Assembly (NCBI RefSeq): GCF_964355755.1
Contig: NC_092670.1
Coordinates: forward strand, 5,632,201 to 5,696,200
DNA: 64,000 nt
Origin: Antedon mediterranea
Taxonomy: Eukaryota; Animalia; Echinodermata
Reading direction: 5' to 3'
Shown piece after piece: positions 61,440-64,000 of the stretch. Each line of letters begins with the position of its first letter. Position 1 is the first letter of the stretch. Both the position numbers and the translations under genes were made by a program. The notes beneath the pieces are model-generated. The model was not told the origin of the DNA and searched no databases. It was given only the letters and a program-made list of their open reading frames with translations.

Positions 61440-63331
61440 TGTAATTGGTTATCCGCAACGAAGTTGCAGGATAACCTCTTGTGATTGTACGAAATCATCA
61501 TCAACATCAACTTTTTATTAGTTATCCGCATTCAGCGGATAACTCCTTGTAACTGTCCTGTTTCATCATTAGTTATCCGCTTAGTAGCGGATAACTCCTT
61601 GTGATTGTAGTGGATCAATATTTATTTTTTTAGTTATCCGCTTAGTAGCGGATAACTCCTTGTGATTGTATTGGATCAATATTTTTCTGTATTATTGGTT
61701 ATCCGCAACGAAGTTGCAGGATAACCTCTTGTGATTGTACGAAATCATCATCATCATCATCATCATCATCAACTTTTTATTAGTTATCCGCATTGAGCGG
61801 ATAACTCCTTGTAACTGTACTGGATCAATTTCTATGTTTTTCTTCTTTCTTTCCTCCACTTTTTTGTGGCTCCTGTATCTCTAAAACGTGTTAACATAAC
61901 ATTTCATAACTTTGTCAACATATGAACATTTATATGAAGTTGTGCAGCATGTATTTTTTAAATACGTCAGAGTTGCGCAACATGACTTACGTGCGATTTT
62001 ATGAATTTCAATGATTGATCATAGATTAAAAACCAAGCATAATTTTTTTTTTACACTTTGTGAAAATTTAAGTTTTTTTTGTGGATTAAAAATGGCATGT
62101 TTTACAAGAAGTTACGCGCGCACGCGAATTTAAGATTTCAAAATGCGCAAAATTTATTTCTAATCAACTTTCTACGCGTTTCATGTCATTTTAAGCATGT
62201 CAACAATTCCCAGGGATGCGCAAATTTTTGCGCGCGCGGTGTACACAAAGCGTGAAATACGTCAATGTTTTACGTAAATCATATTTTTCCAGCCTTTCAT
62301 AGTAATTTTACCAAATATGGAACCATTTCGACTTAAAATTACGTCAATACGAGCACGTCGAATTTGACAATTTGCGCATGTTTTTGATGAAAAAGTTCAA
62401 AAATTCGTCAAAATCATGCCCTTTTTTAAACAGTCGTAGTTTCTAAACTAAACGGTGAAAGTTATTTTTATTACATATTCTGGAAGTTGATGAGTTGTAG
62501 ATATCGGTTCATGCTTTAATATGGCTAACCGGACATTGTGACGTCATCATATGGCCACGCGAATATAAAATATAGGATTTGTGTATCTTTCATCATAGCT
62601 CATCACATTTAATAGAGCGCATCTCCACTTATCTGTTTTTCATTTTCATCCCGATTTTTATATTTTCTAGGTCAATCAACTATCTTTCGCATGAGTTAAA
62701 AATATTTTAATTTTTATGACGTCATGATGTCTAAAAATGTAAATAACCTGGGTCACTTATTTTCATCTTTACAGTAAATTTCAATCTGTTATAGCTCGTC
62801 AGAATAAAACGTGATAATCATGATTAAAACATTTTCAGGAAGCTAATGGATTTTAGATACGAATTCATGTAAACATTTTGCCAATTAGATGTTGTGACGT
62901 CATCATATGGCCAGTTAAATAAAAAAAGTCGTATTTTCATCTTTTGCATCATAGTTCATTACATTTAAAAGAGCGCGCATCAATATTTCACATATTCAAA
63001 TTTCTTAAACACGTTAATATGTTGTTGCTGAGATAATTTCCTTCCGAAATTGCTACCTTAGTTTTTCATTTTGAAACCGTCAACATTAAAAATTGGAATA
63101 AATAGCGGGTCCCGTAATTTCACCTATTCTACACTGTATGTGATATGTATACAGATTATACTGTGTATGACACAAAATAACAGAATTCAGCAATAACAAC
63201 ATATCATATTCTTCAGTTCAGGTCATAATGCCATAATCTTTTTCTGTGTGCAATATTCCAACGTATGACGTGCACGTGGCGTTTGATGTGCGGATAACTA
63301 ACTCGTCAAAGTGACGAGTTTCATGTCTAGT
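61440..63331 (+). mobile_element. Helitron/Helentron-like non-autonomous element with tandemly reiterated 5' end; a second partial copy follows at 63332-64000
   Basis: About 6 repeats of the agttatccgc..gcggataact hairpin (61445-61830); 3' gcggataact, stem-loop aactcgtca-aag-tgacgagtt and CTAG (63327-63330); body 61840-62500 is similar to 63335-64000. Confidence 0.6.
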
Positions 63332-64000
63332 TCTTCTTCTTTCTTTCTGTATGATTTTTGTGTAACGCTTTTCTCTAAAACTCGCAAACATAACATTTCG
63401 GTAACTATGTTAACATTTTGACATTTATGTAACGTCGTCAAGCGAAGCTTTTCATGATGTTTACAATTGCGCAACGTGACGTATGCGCGATTTAACGATT
63501 TTCTCGTATCTAACATATGTCGAAAACCAAATAACATTTTAAAGTGAAACTTTGCAAAAGTTTAATTTATATCATGCGCTAACTTTCTGTTTAAAAAAAA
63601 TTGCGTGTTTTACACAAAGTTACGCGCGCACGCGTATTTAAAATTTCAAAATGCGCAAAATTAATTTATAATCAACTTTCTACGCGTTTTATGTCGTTTT
63701 AAGCATGTCAAAAATTCCCACGCGTGCGCACATTTTTACGTGTGCGGTGCGCACGTAGCATTGAAAACGTATTTTTTTCGCGTGATTTATGTTTTTCCAG
63801 CCTTTTCTAGCAATTTTACCAAATTTTAAACAATTTCGACTTAAAGATACGTCATACGAGCACATCGAATTGGACAATTTGCGCGCGTTTTTTATGAAAA
63901 GGTTAAAAAATTCGTTTAAAATAAGCCTTTTTTTAAACAGTCGTAATTTCTAAACTAGACGGTCAACTTTTTGTGGATGACATATTCTGGAAGTAGATGA

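Noticed and set aside
61445-61830. Palindromic ~30-bp repeats with short intervening sequences, resembling a CRISPR array
   Set aside because: The intervening sequences are related or low-complexity, the context is a spliced animal genome, no cas genes are present, and the same motif recurs at the 3' end of a transposon-like element

Overview
AT-rich, intron-rich animal (invertebrate, possibly echinoderm; inferred) genomic DNA. It holds two tandem minus-strand genes for type-I membrane proteins that share a homologous C-terminal half (Ser/Thr mucin stalk, Cys-containing SEA-like juxtamembrane domain, TM helix, short tail ending NAW[Q/E]) but have unrelated N-terminal modules. Gene 1 (732-21103/24205) has 7 CUB and 3 somatomedin-B domains built from ~2.93-kb tandem exon cassettes, and two duplicated signal-peptide first exons, each preceded by an RFX X-box-like motif. 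Gene 2 (35684-60932) has EMI plus 10 EGF/cbEGF domains. Between them, inserted ~30 bp past gene 2's stop codon, lies a 9.7-kb defective Maverick/Polinton (adintovirus-like) element. It has AGTAGT...ACTACT ends, a 6-bp TSD (GAAGTT), ~1.9-kb TIRs and decayed integrase, pPolB and packaging-ATPase remnants, yet keeps an open intronless Bcl-2-like ORF. Other features: a young Rex/Babar-like LINE inserted in a Penelope-type hammerhead-ribozyme repeat, several MULE-like foldback MITEs, a 2-kb near-identical inverted duplication, Helentron/Helitron-like repeats and a 5S-derived sequence. Exon models were read by eye from GT/AG sites and phase consistency; no database searches were run.
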